Shown piece after piece: positions 47,834 to 57,504 of a DNA stretch of 64,000 bases. Numbering within the stretch: position 1 is the stretch's first letter; each line of letters starts with the position of its first letter. The notes under the pieces were generated by a model, which was not told where the DNA came from, ran no database searches, and worked only from the letters and a program-made list of their open reading frames with translations. A program made the position numbers and the translations under genes. This DNA comes from Gemmatimonadota bacterium (GTDB taxonomy: Bacteria; Gemmatimonadota; Gemmatimonadetes; Gemmatimonadales; GWC2-71-9): NCBI GenBank assembly GCA_039591655.1, contig JBDHDE010000016.1, positions 1-64,000 of the forward strand, written 5' to 3'.

Positions 47834-48769
47834 ATGCCGCACGAGAATCTCGCCGGCCGGACCATCGCGGGCTACCGCCTGCTCGAACGAGTAGGCGAAG
47901 GCGGCACCGCGACCGTGTATCGGGCGGATCATGCCGAGCACGGGCACTGCGCCATGAAAGTCCTTCGGGAACGCATGCGCAATGACCCCACCGCCGTCAA
48001 GCGGTTCCTTCGGGAAGCCGGATACGGCTCGCGGGTCGAGCACCACGCCGTGGTCCAGACCTACGACTATGGGGAAGTCGACGGGCTCCACTACCTCGCT
48101 CTGGAATGGGCCGCCGGCGAGCCCCTGTCAACGTTCCTACACCGCTCGGGACGCCTGGCTCCGCCACTGGTGGCGCGCATCGTCACCCAGTTGGCCGGCG
48201 GTCTGACCGCGGCCCACGCGCAGGGGATCATTCACCGGGACCTCAAGCCGGAGAACATCGTCTACGATCCGGAGTCTCGCAGCGTGAAGCTGCTGGACTT
48301 CGGGATTGCCCGCGATGCGCAGCTCGACGCGGCAGAGCGCCTCACCAGAACCGGATTCTTCGTGGGCACGCTACACTATGTCGCCCCCGAGGCCTTGTCG
48401 GGCGAGCTGGTGGACGAGGCTGCCGACATCTACAGCGTCGCCACGATCACCTACTACTTGCTGACCGGGCAGCACCCGTACACCGGGCGCTCCCCTCGCG
48501 AACTGTTCCAACAGCTGCTGACCCAGCCTCCGACCGGACTCAACCAGGCGGTGCGAGGCCTCAGCTTCCCCAAGGAGCTCGAGCAGGCCGTGATGCGCGG
48601 CCTGAGCCGGGACCCTGCGGGGCGCCAGCGAAGCGTGCAACAGCTGGCAGCCGAACTCACCACCGGCTCGGAAGGGCTGGAATCGGAGCCCCATGCGGCG
48701 GGCGACGGGGGTGGGGGTTTCCTGGGGTCGATCAAGTCACTATTCAAGCGTGGCCGACCAGCAGGTTAG
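47834..48769 (+). CDS. Hanks-type Ser/Thr protein kinase, cytoplasmic
   Basis: GEGGTATVY, AMK, HRDLKPEN, DFG and APE motifs; no TM. Confidence 0.92.
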   Translation: MPHENLAGRTIAGYRLLERVGEGGTATVYRADHAEHGHCAMKVLRERMRNDPTAVKRFLREAGYGSRVEHHAVVQTYDYGEVDGLHYLALEWAAGEPLSTFLHRSGRLAPPLVARIVTQLAGGLTAAHAQGIIHRDLKPENIVYDPESRSVKLLDFGIARDAQLDAAERLTRTGFFVGTLHYVAPEALSGELVDEAADIYSVATITYYLLTGQHPYTGRSPRELFQQLLTQPPTGLNQAVRGLSFPKELEQAVMRGLSRDPAGRQRSVQQLAAELTTGSEGLESEPHAAGDGGGGFLGSIKSLFKRGRPAG

Positions 48770-48820
48770 TAGTTGTAGGAGCTACTACTAACCGTGGAGG
48801 GCCGACGGGGCCCCGTGTCC

Positions 48821-49408
48821 ATGAGCACCCCCCAAACAGACCGAACCGCCGACCTGGCGCGGCTCCTGTGCGAGAAATCGGTGGAGATCGGCAGCTTCAC
48901 GCTGGCCTCGGGACGCTCATCCACCTATTACATCGACGCCCGGCGCACCACGATGTCGGCCCGCGGGCTCGCGCTCGTCGGCGATCTGGGGCTGGATGCC
49001 ATCAGGCACGCCGGTTGGTCTCCCACGCTGGTCGGGGGCCTGACCCTGGGTGCCGACCCGGTGGCCTACGCCATCGCCCGGGCCAGCCTCCAGGCACCCC
49101 CGGAGCTGGACGCCTTCACCGTGCGAAAGGGGGCCAAGCGCCACGGCACGGGCCGGCGCATCGAGGGCTGCTTCACCGCGGGTGCCTCCGTGGTCGTGGT
49201 GGAGGACGTGATCACCACCGGTCAGTCGGCGCTCAAGGCGATCGAGGCCGTCGCCGCCGAGGGCGGCACGATCCTCGGCGTCCTGGCGGTGGTGGACCGG
49301 GAGGAGGGGGGCCGGGCTGCCATCGAAGCCGCCGGCTTTCCGGTACGCGTGCTGGTATCCCTCGACCGGCTTGGCCTGCCGCCGCAGACCTCCGATGAGT
49401 CGCGATGA
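48821..49408 (+). CDS. pyrE: Orotate phosphoribosyltransferase
   Basis: FTLASGRSSTYYID, RKGAKRHG and VVVEDVITTG motifs. Confidence 0.93.
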   Translation: MSTPQTDRTADLARLLCEKSVEIGSFTLASGRSSTYYIDARRTTMSARGLALVGDLGLDAIRHAGWSPTLVGGLTLGADPVAYAIARASLQAPPELDAFTVRKGAKRHGTGRRIEGCFTAGASVVVVEDVITTGQSALKAIEAVAAEGGTILGVLAVVDREEGGRAAIEAAGFPVRVLVSLDRLGLPPQTSDESR

Positions 49409-51140
49409 GCTGACCCACGGGAACGCGCAGGAGCGCAGCCGCTCCAAGCGCACCTCCCTCGCCCAGCGGCTGCGAGGATGGGCACCGGAGGACGCCGCCG
49501 AGGAGCGGCGTCTCAAGGACTTCGAGACCTTCCGCCGGAGTCTCACCCGTCGTTGGGGCATCGTCGCGGCTCTCGCCGTGCTCCTCGGAGCAGGTTGGCT
49601 GCTGGGACCCGTCACGGCGTCCCTCACCACCATTGCCGCGATCGTAGCCGGCGCCGCGGCACTCAATCTCGCCCTCATCGTGCTGTACCGTCGTCGCTGG
49701 CATCAGTGGTGGCAGGTCTACGCCCTCGCTCTGGTAGACGTGCTCGTGGTTTCCGTGGCCGTCGTCTTCTACGGCCCGGGGGGCCTGATCGCCGGCCTCT
49801 ACCTCGCCGTCCTGCCCTATGCCTTCGACCAGGGGCGCGGGGTCGGCGAGTTCCTCGTGGTGGCAGCCTCCGCGGCGTATGTCGCGGCAGCAGCACTTCA
49901 CGGGCGGGCCTTTGGCGACCTGCCCGGCGGGCCCCTCACACTTCCCGCGCTCGTCTACGTAGAGGCCGCGGTCTTCCTCGTGGTCGCCATCGTGCTCATG
50001 CGGATTCCCGCCACGCTCATTCGGCGCATTCGGGCGACGCGCACCGTGATGGCGCAGGTGGAGGCCGGCAGTCTCGGCGTGCGTGCTCCCGCGGAGCGCG
50101 CCGACGAGCTCGGCTTTCTGGAGGAATCACTCAACCGCATGCTCCAGGAGATCGCCACGACGATCTCCGTCGTGCAGCGGGAGGCGGACGAGGTCGCGAC
50201 CTTTGCCGAGGTCCTCGCACGGGACGCCGAGGCGATGCTCTCCTCCGGCAAGACGGTGGCCGACACGGCCTCGGAGCTCGCCGAGGCAATGAAGGAGCAG
50301 CGCCAGCTCGCCGACGAGGGCCGTGCAGAGGGAGCGGCCGCGGCCAAGGAGGCCGGCTCGTTGCGCTCCAAGGCAGAGGTCATGGAGTCCGATGCCCGCC
50401 GGCTGGTGGATGCCGCCGAGCGTGGCCGGGACCGAGTGGGGAAGGCCAGCGAGACCCTGCTCGGCCTCGGCAGCGAGGTCCGCACCACCGCCACGACGGT
50501 TCACGAGTTGCTCGGCTTGTCCGAGGGCATCGGCGACTTCGCACAGACGATTGCCAAGATCGCGCGACGCAGCCGGCTGCTGGCCCTCAATGCCGCCATC
50601 GAGGCAGCGCGGGCCGAAGAGCAGGGCGAGGGCTTCGCCGCAGTCGCCGAGCAGGTGCGCTCCCTCGCCAACGAAGCCGCCGAAGCCGCACGGGATGTGA
50701 CGGACGTGGTCAGCGAGATTCGCTCGGGCATCGAGACGGTTGCCGGCGCCATGACGTCGGGCGAGAAGCGGGTGTACGGCGTCGGCGAGGTCGCCGAGGA
50801 GGCACGCAGGGCTCTGGAGGAGATCCACCAGGGAGCTCACAAGGCGGCGGAGCTAGTGGAAGCGGCAACGGGAAGCTCACAGTCACAGTCCGACCGTATG
50901 GCGGTGCTCGCCGAGCGGCTTTCCCGCGTGGCGGAGATCAGCGCCCACTCGGCGTCAGGTGCAGGCACGGCCGCCCAGCAGGTTGCGGCCCAGATCGCCG
51001 CCATGGACCGCATCAACCAGGGCAGCATGCAACTCGCGCTGTTGGCCGAGCGGCTGCAGGACAGCATCGCCCGGTTCTCGGTGATGCGGCCCGAGTTAGT
51101 CACTCACGAGCACCCCGCGGTGGATTCACCGCGCGCCTGA
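49395..51140 (+). CDS. Methyl-accepting chemotaxis protein (multi-TM sensor, HAMP, signalling domain)
   Basis: About 5-6 N-terminal TMs, HAMP (DELGFL), and LLALNAAIEAARA..GEGFAAVAEQVRSLA. Confidence 0.9.
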   Translation: MSRDELTHGNAQERSRSKRTSLAQRLRGWAPEDAAEERRLKDFETFRRSLTRRWGIVAALAVLLGAGWLLGPVTASLTTIAAIVAGAAALNLALIVLYRRRWHQWWQVYALALVDVLVVSVAVVFYGPGGLIAGLYLAVLPYAFDQGRGVGEFLVVAASAAYVAAAALHGRAFGDLPGGPLTLPALVYVEAAVFLVVAIVLMRIPATLIRRIRATRTVMAQVEAGSLGVRAPAERADELGFLEESLNRMLQEIATTISVVQREADEVATFAEVLARDAEAMLSSGKTVADTASELAEAMKEQRQLADEGRAEGAAAAKEAGSLRSKAEVMESDARRLVDAAERGRDRVGKASETLLGLGSEVRTTATTVHELLGLSEGIGDFAQTIAKIARRSRLLALNAAIEAARAEEQGEGFAAVAEQVRSLANEAAEAARDVTDVVSEIRSGIETVAGAMTSGEKRVYGVGEVAEEARRALEEIHQGAHKAAELVEAATGSSQSQSDRMAVLAERLSRVAEISAHSASGAGTAAQQVAAQIAAMDRINQGSMQLALLAERLQDSIARFSVMRPELVTHEHPAVDSPRA

Positions 51141-51164
51141 CCGCCCACCGATCACCCCGTCCCG

Positions 51165-52022
51165 TCACAGTCCCAGTCCGAGATCGCCCACCCCATTCTG
51201 GAGGGGTCGGAACGTGCGGAAGCCCGGGCGGAAGGGGACGATCAGACGCGCGATGAAGTCATCCAACGCCGCGTCGAACGGATACCGCTGCCGGAACTCG
51301 CCGGCGGTCACGCCCAGCACGGTCCTCAGGTGCCGACCGAAGCTCTGCGGCGAGGAGTACTCCAGGCGATACGCCACGTCGGCGACGGAGAGCCCAGGTG
51401 ACTCCAGCAGCCCTGCCGCGTACACCAGACGCACGGCGGACAGATAGCGCTTCGGTGACGGCATCCCCGCCCGGAAGAAGCGGGACATGAAGGTGCTCGC
51501 ACCGACCCCGACCCGCCGCGCCAGCGAGCGCACCGTTGTCACACCGGGGGCGAGCCGCACGAGCACCTCGAAAAAACGCCGGCACTCCACGGCCGCGTCT
51601 CCCAGCGCCGGAGCGACACGGCTCAGGATGAGCGACTCGGTGACCCCGGTGGGCCGCGCCAGGAGCTCGCGCAGCCGTACCCACCCCTCCCGCGCACCGA
51701 GATCGATCATGCGTCGCACGCCGCACGCGCCCAGCTCGAGAAGGCGCTCGGAAGCCACCGCGTCATGGCGCGAGAGCACCGCCACCGTCGGGATTCCGGG
51801 AAACCCCCTGACCAGCCTCGCCACACCCGGCAGCTGCTCCCGCGCTATGCGGCTCGGCGAGACCAACACGGCACTCACGCGATTCCGTCGCACCGTTCTC
51901 AGAGTCTCAGGCAGCGTGTTCGCGTGCACCGTGGCGAACCTCCCTTCAGCGGCCACGTCGAGCCTGGGGCGCTCTGTCGGGTCGAGGAGCGTCGCCACCA
52001 AGGTGCGTACCGGACCGGCCAT
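51165..52022 (-). CDS. AraC-family regulator with receiver-like N-terminus
   Basis: SVADVAYRLEYSSPQSFGRH..GVTAGEFR HTH. Confidence 0.82.
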   Translation of the reverse strand: MAGPVRTLVATLLDPTERPRLDVAAEGRFATVHANTLPETLRTVRRNRVSAVLVSPSRIAREQLPGVARLVRGFPGIPTVAVLSRHDAVASERLLELGACGVRRMIDLGAREGWVRLRELLARPTGVTESLILSRVAPALGDAAVECRRFFEVLVRLAPGVTTVRSLARRVGVGASTFMSRFFRAGMPSPKRYLSAVRLVYAAGLLESPGLSVADVAYRLEYSSPQSFGRHLRTVLGVTAGEFRQRYPFDAALDDFIARLIVPFRPGFRTFRPLQNGVGDLGLGL

Positions 52023-52146
52023 GTCTTCTCCGACGAAAAAGGGGCGGCACGATCGGGCGAGCCGCTCAACCCTCCGTCAACCTTCGACAGCGCTCCCTGC
52101 AGTCGGCCGGCTATGGCCGCAGGCTCTGGGGCGCTATCTTGTGATA

Positions 52147-52510
52147 GGGGTGGTGGAGTGTGACGGTCGCGGCCCGCCGCAGCGCGGGCTGAGGAAAGTC
52201 CGAGCTCCACAGGGCAGACTGCCAGGTAACACCTGGGCGCCGTGAGGCGACGGACAGGGCCACAGAAAACAAACCGCCCGCTGCAAGCGGGTAAGGGTGA
52301 AACGGTGGGGTAAGAGCCCACCGCGCGACTGGCAACAGTCGTGGCACGGCAACCCCCAGTCGGAGCAAGGCCAAATAGACGGCGAGGTCCGGCCCGGACC
52401 GCTCGAGCCGTGGGTAGGCCGCATGAGGTGGCGGGCGACCGCCATCCCAGATTGATGACCGTCCGGCGCCTCGGCGCCGAACAGAACTCGGCTTACGGCT
52501 CCACCACCCC
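52147..52510 (+). ncRNA. rnpB: RNase P RNA (type A-like)
   Basis: GAGGAAAGTCC, GGGTGAAACGG, GGTAAGAGC and ACAGAACTCGGCTTAC conserved regions; terminal P1 pairing GGGGTGGTGGAG/CTCCACCACCCC. Confidence 0.96.
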
Positions 52511-52567
52511 TGGCCTCCGACGCCCTCGTGGCATATCATTGCGCAGCCCTAGACTTTCTGTCCCCAT

Positions 52568-52816
52568 ATGCCCGAGAACCCTGTAACCACCCCGGAATCC
52601 ACCGAGCGTCCGTACCCGATAGACTGGGAACAGGTCGCCGAGCTCCGCGTGTTTCGCACGACGGAAGAGCGGTGGCAGCGCCTCATCGGCTGGCGCTCCG
52701 ACATGAAGCGCAAGGGGTGGAAGCTGCTCCAGGTGAGTGCCCAGCAGGGTGAGATGGTGGCGGTCTTCGGGCGCACCAAGGACGAGCTCTTATCGAACAA
52801 GAAGGCGGTATCATGA
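52568..52816 (+). CDS. Small hypothetical protein
   Basis: 82 aa, protein-like; ATGA overlap with the next gene. Confidence 0.7.
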   Translation: MPENPVTTPESTERPYPIDWEQVAELRVFRTTEERWQRLIGWRSDMKRKGWKLLQVSAQQGEMVAVFGRTKDELLSNKKAVS

Positions 52817-53649
52817 AGGGGCACACCCTCCCGTTGGTGGTCCTCGCGGGCGCTGCGCTTGCTGGCTGTGGCACTTCCGGATCCTCTGGAGCCGCTGCTC
52901 CGGGTCCGGCGGCAGCACCCGCACGGTTCACCTATCAACCCGCCTCGGTGCAGTACGTGTCGAGCTCCCACGGCCGCGTGGAGCAGGAATTCGGCGGTCA
53001 GGTGACTTCAACCGAGGTCGGCCTGCGTTACTTCCTGAGCCTGGCGGCCGTCGAGGACGGTGACGTGACCCGGGTGACACTCACCATCGACTCGGTGCCG
53101 GTGGTCATCGGGCCGGGCGTGCCGCCGGGCATGGCAGAGCGCAGCGCCGGCAGCACCTTCACCGGCATCCTCACCTCGGAGGGCGAGATCCTCGACTTCC
53201 AGGGCGGCGACACGACTATCGTGCTGGTGCGGCAGTTGGCCGACCGCCTGGAACGTATCTTCCCCCGGATCCCGCCCGGGGGCGTCGCTCCGGGACAGGC
53301 GTGGACCGACTCGGTGGAAACCGAGTCCGGCTCCAGTGGTTTCGACCTGCTGATCGAGGTGGTGTCAGAGAACCAGGCCCGTGACTGGGTGGAGCACGCC
53401 GGCGCAGCGGCACTGCTCGTGGAGAACGTCTCCAACTACGTGATCTCCGGTGGCGGGATACAGGGCGGCACGGAGATCTCACTGGATGGCACCGGCATCA
53501 CGCGCGGCGAGTACTACCTGGCCGCCGACGGCCGGCTTCTCGGTGGCGTCTCGGCGGACTCGATGAGTGCCACGGCCATGGTGGTGGCGGCGGGGACGAT
53601 GATCCCCATCACGCAGGTGCGGCTCGACTCTCTCTCCATCGTTCGGTAG
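52813..53649 (+). CDS. Hypothetical beta-rich lipoprotein
   Basis: Lipobox LAGC followed by a flexible linker. Confidence 0.78.
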   Translation: MKGHTLPLVVLAGAALAGCGTSGSSGAAAPGPAAAPARFTYQPASVQYVSSSHGRVEQEFGGQVTSTEVGLRYFLSLAAVEDGDVTRVTLTIDSVPVVIGPGVPPGMAERSAGSTFTGILTSEGEILDFQGGDTTIVLVRQLADRLERIFPRIPPGGVAPGQAWTDSVETESGSSGFDLLIEVVSENQARDWVEHAGAAALLVENVSNYVISGGGIQGGTEISLDGTGITRGEYYLAADGRLLGGVSADSMSATAMVVAAGTMIPITQVRLDSLSIVR

Positions 53650-54474
53650 TTGGCGCGCACACTGACCCTGACCCTCCTGGCGGTGGCGCTCCTCGGCGAC
53701 GCCGCCGCTGGTCAGGTGGTCCGCTCGCGATCGGCTGCCTACCTGTATTCATCGAACGTTGACGACGCCCGGGCGCTGTGGGTCAACCCCGCCGGGCTCG
53801 CGGTGGTGCAGGAGGCGTCCGTCATGGCGGAGTTCGCGGTCGACGTGCCCGACACGGGTAGCGCCAGGTTGGGCCAGTGGTCGGTGGCCTTCAACTCCCG
53901 GGGCTTCTCAGCGGGCTTTCAGCAGGACCGCTTGCTCGACGGCACGACGGCCCAGACCGTTCGCCTCGGCATCGGGCTGGGTTTTCACCGCGGCTCGCTG
54001 GGCGGTTCGTTCAACTTCTACACGGGCGTGGTAGACGACCGGGGCGGTGACATCGGCCTCACCTACGTCTTGATACGATCGGTGCGGGCTGGATTCGTCG
54101 TTAAGAACATCGGCCGCCCCACGCTGGTGGACTCGGTGGCACCCATCACCGGCGTCTTGGGCCTCAGTTGGCTCGCGGTTCCGGCGCACCTGGAGATCTC
54201 GGCTGAGGCACACTTCCGGGAAGACCTCGCGAACGTGACGCAGCGGAGTAGCTTCCGGGCCGGCCTGCAGCTCTCCACCGGGGGCAAGCTCCCGTTCGGC
54301 GCCATCGCCGCATTCGACCTGGGGAGCAACGGCAAGGTGGACGCATGGAGCGTCGGCATCTCAGTGGGGGGGAAAGACCGGGGTGTCCTCCTCGGCACCG
54401 CTGTGCCGAGGAGGTTCGAGCGCTTCAGTCTGACGGGAGTAGCGAGCCGCCGGGCTCCAACCCAGCGCCCTTAG
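53650..54474 (+). CDS. Putative outer-membrane beta-barrel protein (FadL/PorV-like N-terminal motif)
   Basis: Signal peptide; DDARALWVNPAGL; alternating amphipathic strands. Confidence 0.6.
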   Translation: MARTLTLTLLAVALLGDAAAGQVVRSRSAAYLYSSNVDDARALWVNPAGLAVVQEASVMAEFAVDVPDTGSARLGQWSVAFNSRGFSAGFQQDRLLDGTTAQTVRLGIGLGFHRGSLGGSFNFYTGVVDDRGGDIGLTYVLIRSVRAGFVVKNIGRPTLVDSVAPITGVLGLSWLAVPAHLEISAEAHFREDLANVTQRSSFRAGLQLSTGGKLPFGAIAAFDLGSNGKVDAWSVGISVGGKDRGVLLGTAVPRRFERFSLTGVASRRAPTQRP

Positions 54475-54484
54475 GGCGGGCCCT

Positions 54485-55594
54485 TCAGTCGACCAACCGC
54501 AAGGGCATCACCAAGCAGAGATACGACGCCGGGTCGTCCCACCCCACCGGCTCCACCGTCGCCGCACGCTCAGCCGCCTTGAACGTGAGCCGCACCTCGT
54601 CGGTCGGCATGTACTTCAGGACCTCCAGCACGTAGTTGGCGTTGAAGCCGATTTCCAGCTCATCCCCGTCATACGTGACGGCGATCTCGTCCTGGGCCTC
54701 GCCGAGGTCCGGCGTGCTCACGCTCAGCTTCAGGGCGCCGCCGGTGAACTGCAGGCGCACCCGGTGCGTCTGATCGCTGGCCACGACGCCCACGCGCCGC
54801 AGCGCCGCGGCCATCCCGTCCTTCTCAACGGTGCACGCACGATCGTTGTCCCGCGGGATGACTTGCTCGTAGTTCGGGTAAGGGCCTTCGATCAGGCGCG
54901 TGAACACCAGCGTGGTGCCACTGCGGAATCCCAGGTGGTTGTCGCTCTTCGCGATCTCCAGTTCGTCCGACGGCCCGAACAGGCGGCGCACCTGATCCAG
55001 CGCCTTGGGCGGCACGATGAACTCCGCTGTCGCGCTCGCTCCGCCCACCGGGACCTCCATCTTCGATAACCGGTGCCCGTTGGTGGCCACCATGCGCATC
55101 ACGTCACCCTGGAGCTGCCATAGCACGCCATTGAGGATAGGCCGGCTCTCTTCCGTCGATGCGGCGAAGCTCACGTGATTGATCAGCTTCTGCAGGTCGC
55201 TCGACGTCACGGTCCAGCTGTCCTCGAAGCTCACCGGCGGGAAGTTGGGGAACTCCTCCCGTGGGATCCCCAACAGCTTGAAGCGCGAGCGTCCGCACTC
55301 GAGGTTGACCCGTTGCTCACCCGCGCCCGTCATCCGGATCGCCGCGCTGGGCAGCTCGCGGACGATCTCGACCAACTTCTTGGCCGGGACGGTCACCGCG
55401 CCTTCCTCATCGACCTCGGCGGCCACCACGGTGCTCACGGCAATGTCGAGGTCCGTACCGGATAGCCGCAGGCCATCCGCCGTCGCTTCCATCAAGATGT
55501 TGGAGAGAACGGGAAGAGTGGTCTTGGTCGGCACACTGGCCGCCACTGCCACCAGACCTTCCTGCAACCGTTCCCGTGTGATCGTGAACTTCAT
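54485..55594 (-). CDS. dnaN: DNA polymerase III beta clamp
   Basis: GTDLDI, ATNGHRL, GPYPNY, IGFNANY and LVMPLR motifs. Confidence 0.96.
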   Translation of the reverse strand: MKFTITRERLQEGLVAVAASVPTKTTLPVLSNILMEATADGLRLSGTDLDIAVSTVVAAEVDEEGAVTVPAKKLVEIVRELPSAAIRMTGAGEQRVNLECGRSRFKLLGIPREEFPNFPPVSFEDSWTVTSSDLQKLINHVSFAASTEESRPILNGVLWQLQGDVMRMVATNGHRLSKMEVPVGGASATAEFIVPPKALDQVRRLFGPSDELEIAKSDNHLGFRSGTTLVFTRLIEGPYPNYEQVIPRDNDRACTVEKDGMAAALRRVGVVASDQTHRVRLQFTGGALKLSVSTPDLGEAQDEIAVTYDGDELEIGFNANYVLEVLKYMPTDEVRLTFKAAERAATVEPVGWDDPASYLCLVMPLRLVD

Positions 55595-55829
55595 GCCGCT
55601 CTCTTCTCGCCCGAGTGGAGAAGTATTACTACTAGTACGTTATAGAGTAATAACTAGTAGTACTAGTAGGGTACCTGGAAACCTTGAAAGAACGCCCAAC
55701 CTATTCGGTTCGTGTCGCTTGCGGCTCAGACCGCATGTGAGTTGTGGGGATCGTGTGTGGACGCACCGTCGAAAGCGCCGATCTTTCCCCACGTCCCACA
55801 CCCGTCCACAACCACCATCCACAAGGTTT
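55595..55829. other. oriC: Chromosomal replication origin oriC
   Basis: dnaA-dnaN intergenic region. AT-rich unwinding segment 55620-55670 with TAG/CTA trinucleotide repeats; DnaA-box-like sites at 55743, 55756, 55802 and 55815. Confidence 0.82.
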
Positions 55830-57209
55830 CTACGAAACCTGTACCAGCTCGCGGCGCGCGTGTTCCACGCGATCGCGGAACCTCCGGTCGCCCTGCATTT
55901 CCCGCTGGACCTTGTCGAGGCTGTGAATCACGGTCGAATGATCGCGGCCGCCGAAGGCCTGCCCGATCTCGACCAACTGCATGCCGAGGAGCTCCCGTGC
56001 GAGGAACATCGCCACCTGGCGCGGGACCGTCAGTGTCTTCGTGCGCGCCTTGGAGCGGAGCCCCTCCGGGGTTACGCCCCAGCGGCGGGCCACGACCTCC
56101 TGCACGCGGTCCACGCTGGGGACGGCGGCCACCCGGTCGGTTGCACCCGCATCCTGCCGGATCTTGTCCGCCAGGGCCTCCCGGGCCAGGTCGACCGTCA
56201 CCTCCCGGTGCTTGAGCGAGGCGTACAGCAGGAGCTTGATGATGCAGCCTTCCAGCTCCCGCACCGAGCTCCGGACGAACTCGGCGATGAAGCGCAGAAC
56301 GTCATCGGGGATCGTGAGCTCGAGGTGATCCTGCTCCGCCTTCTTGCGCAGGATGGCGATGCGGTGCTCGAGGTCCGGCTGCCCGATGTCGGCTACCATG
56401 CCCCACTCGAACCGGCTGACGAGGCGCGACTCGAGTCCCGGAATCTCCTTGGGCGGCCGGTCGGCGGTCATGACGATCTGCTTCTCCGCCTCGTGCAACG
56501 CATTGAAGGTGTGGAAGAACTCCTCCTGCGTCATTTCCTTGCCTTCGAGGAAATGCACGTCGTCGACGAGGAAGATGTCCACCTCCGTCCGGTACTGCTT
56601 CCGGAACTCCACCATCGTGCGGCTATGGATGCTCTCGATGACCTCGTTGATGAACTGCTCGGCGCCCATGTAGACTACGCGGCTGTTGGGGTCCCGCTCC
56701 AGTCCCGCGTGGGCGATGGCCTGCATCAGGTGTGTCTTCCCGAGCCCCGTCGCCCCGTAGATGAAGAGCGGGTTGTAGGTGCGGCCGGGCGCCTCGGCCA
56801 CGGCATGCGCGGCCGCGCTGGCGAGCTCGTTGGATTTCCCGATAACGAAGGTCTTGAATGAGTACCGCTCGTTGAGCGGCCGGGTGGCGCGACGGCGCCG
56901 CAGGCCCTCTCCGGGGGTTGGCGCAACGAAGAAGTCCATCTGGGGACGCTGCGCGCGCTCGTCCTGGACCTTGAACGTCACCTTGAGGGGGGAACCGAGC
57001 CTCTCCTGGGCTAGCTTGCCCAGCAGCTCCGCGTGCTTGGACTCGTTCCACTCGACCGCGAACTGGTCCGGGGCCCCCAAGACCAGCTGATCCTCGTTGA
57101 GCGCAATGGGCTCGACGGGGTCCAGCCACGTACGCACCGTGGGGTCGGGAAGTTCCGTGCGCGCCGCCTCCAAGAGGCGGGACCACGCCTGTTGTGCTGT
57201 CTGTTCCAT
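55830..57209 (-). CDS. dnaA: Replication initiator DnaA
   Basis: YNPLFIYGATGLGKTHL, QEEFFHTFN and FGGRDHSTV motifs. Confidence 0.97.
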   Translation of the reverse strand: MEQTAQQAWSRLLEAARTELPDPTVRTWLDPVEPIALNEDQLVLGAPDQFAVEWNESKHAELLGKLAQERLGSPLKVTFKVQDERAQRPQMDFFVAPTPGEGLRRRRATRPLNERYSFKTFVIGKSNELASAAAHAVAEAPGRTYNPLFIYGATGLGKTHLMQAIAHAGLERDPNSRVVYMGAEQFINEVIESIHSRTMVEFRKQYRTEVDIFLVDDVHFLEGKEMTQEEFFHTFNALHEAEKQIVMTADRPPKEIPGLESRLVSRFEWGMVADIGQPDLEHRIAILRKKAEQDHLELTIPDDVLRFIAEFVRSSVRELEGCIIKLLLYASLKHREVTVDLAREALADKIRQDAGATDRVAAVPSVDRVQEVVARRWGVTPEGLRSKARTKTLTVPRQVAMFLARELLGMQLVEIGQAFGGRDHSTVIHSLDKVQREMQGDRRFRDRVEHARRELVQVS

Positions 57210-57267
57210 CTACTGTAGCGGACGACTGGTAGGCGGTTCGATAGGGCTCCAGATGCTACCGCCCGGA

Positions 57268-57276
57268 TGTGGAAAA
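57268..57276 (-). promoter_or_regulatory. DnaA box in the dnaA/rpmH divergent promoter region
   Basis: TGTGGAAAA, i.e. TTTTCCACA on the minus strand; typical autoregulatory position. Confidence 0.7.
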
Positions 57277-57342
57277 GTCAACCTTGACCCCAAGTAGGGG
57301 CCAACGCTAGCTTTCGCCCCCGCAACTGAAGGGCTTGACGGC

Positions 57343-57504
57343 ATGAAGAGGACGTACCAGCCGCGCAACAGGCGGCGGAAGAATAAGCACGGATTTCGGG
57401 CGCGAATGGGGACCCGCTGGGGCCGCGCGGTGTTGAGCCGACGGCGCAAGAAGGGCCGCAAGCGGCTCACGGTGCAGGTGCCTTCGAAGCACGGAGGACG
57501 CTGA
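57343..57504 (+). CDS. rpmH: 50S ribosomal protein L34
   Basis: Manual translation [22 protein letters not shown]...[21 protein letters not shown] (53 aa). Confidence 0.96.
   Translation: MKRTYQPRNRRRKNKHGFRARMGTRWGRAVLSRRRKKGRKRLTVQVPSKHGGR

Noticed and set aside
57470..57504. C-terminal extension of L34 (53 aa)
   Set aside because: Short extensions are common and not informative on their own.
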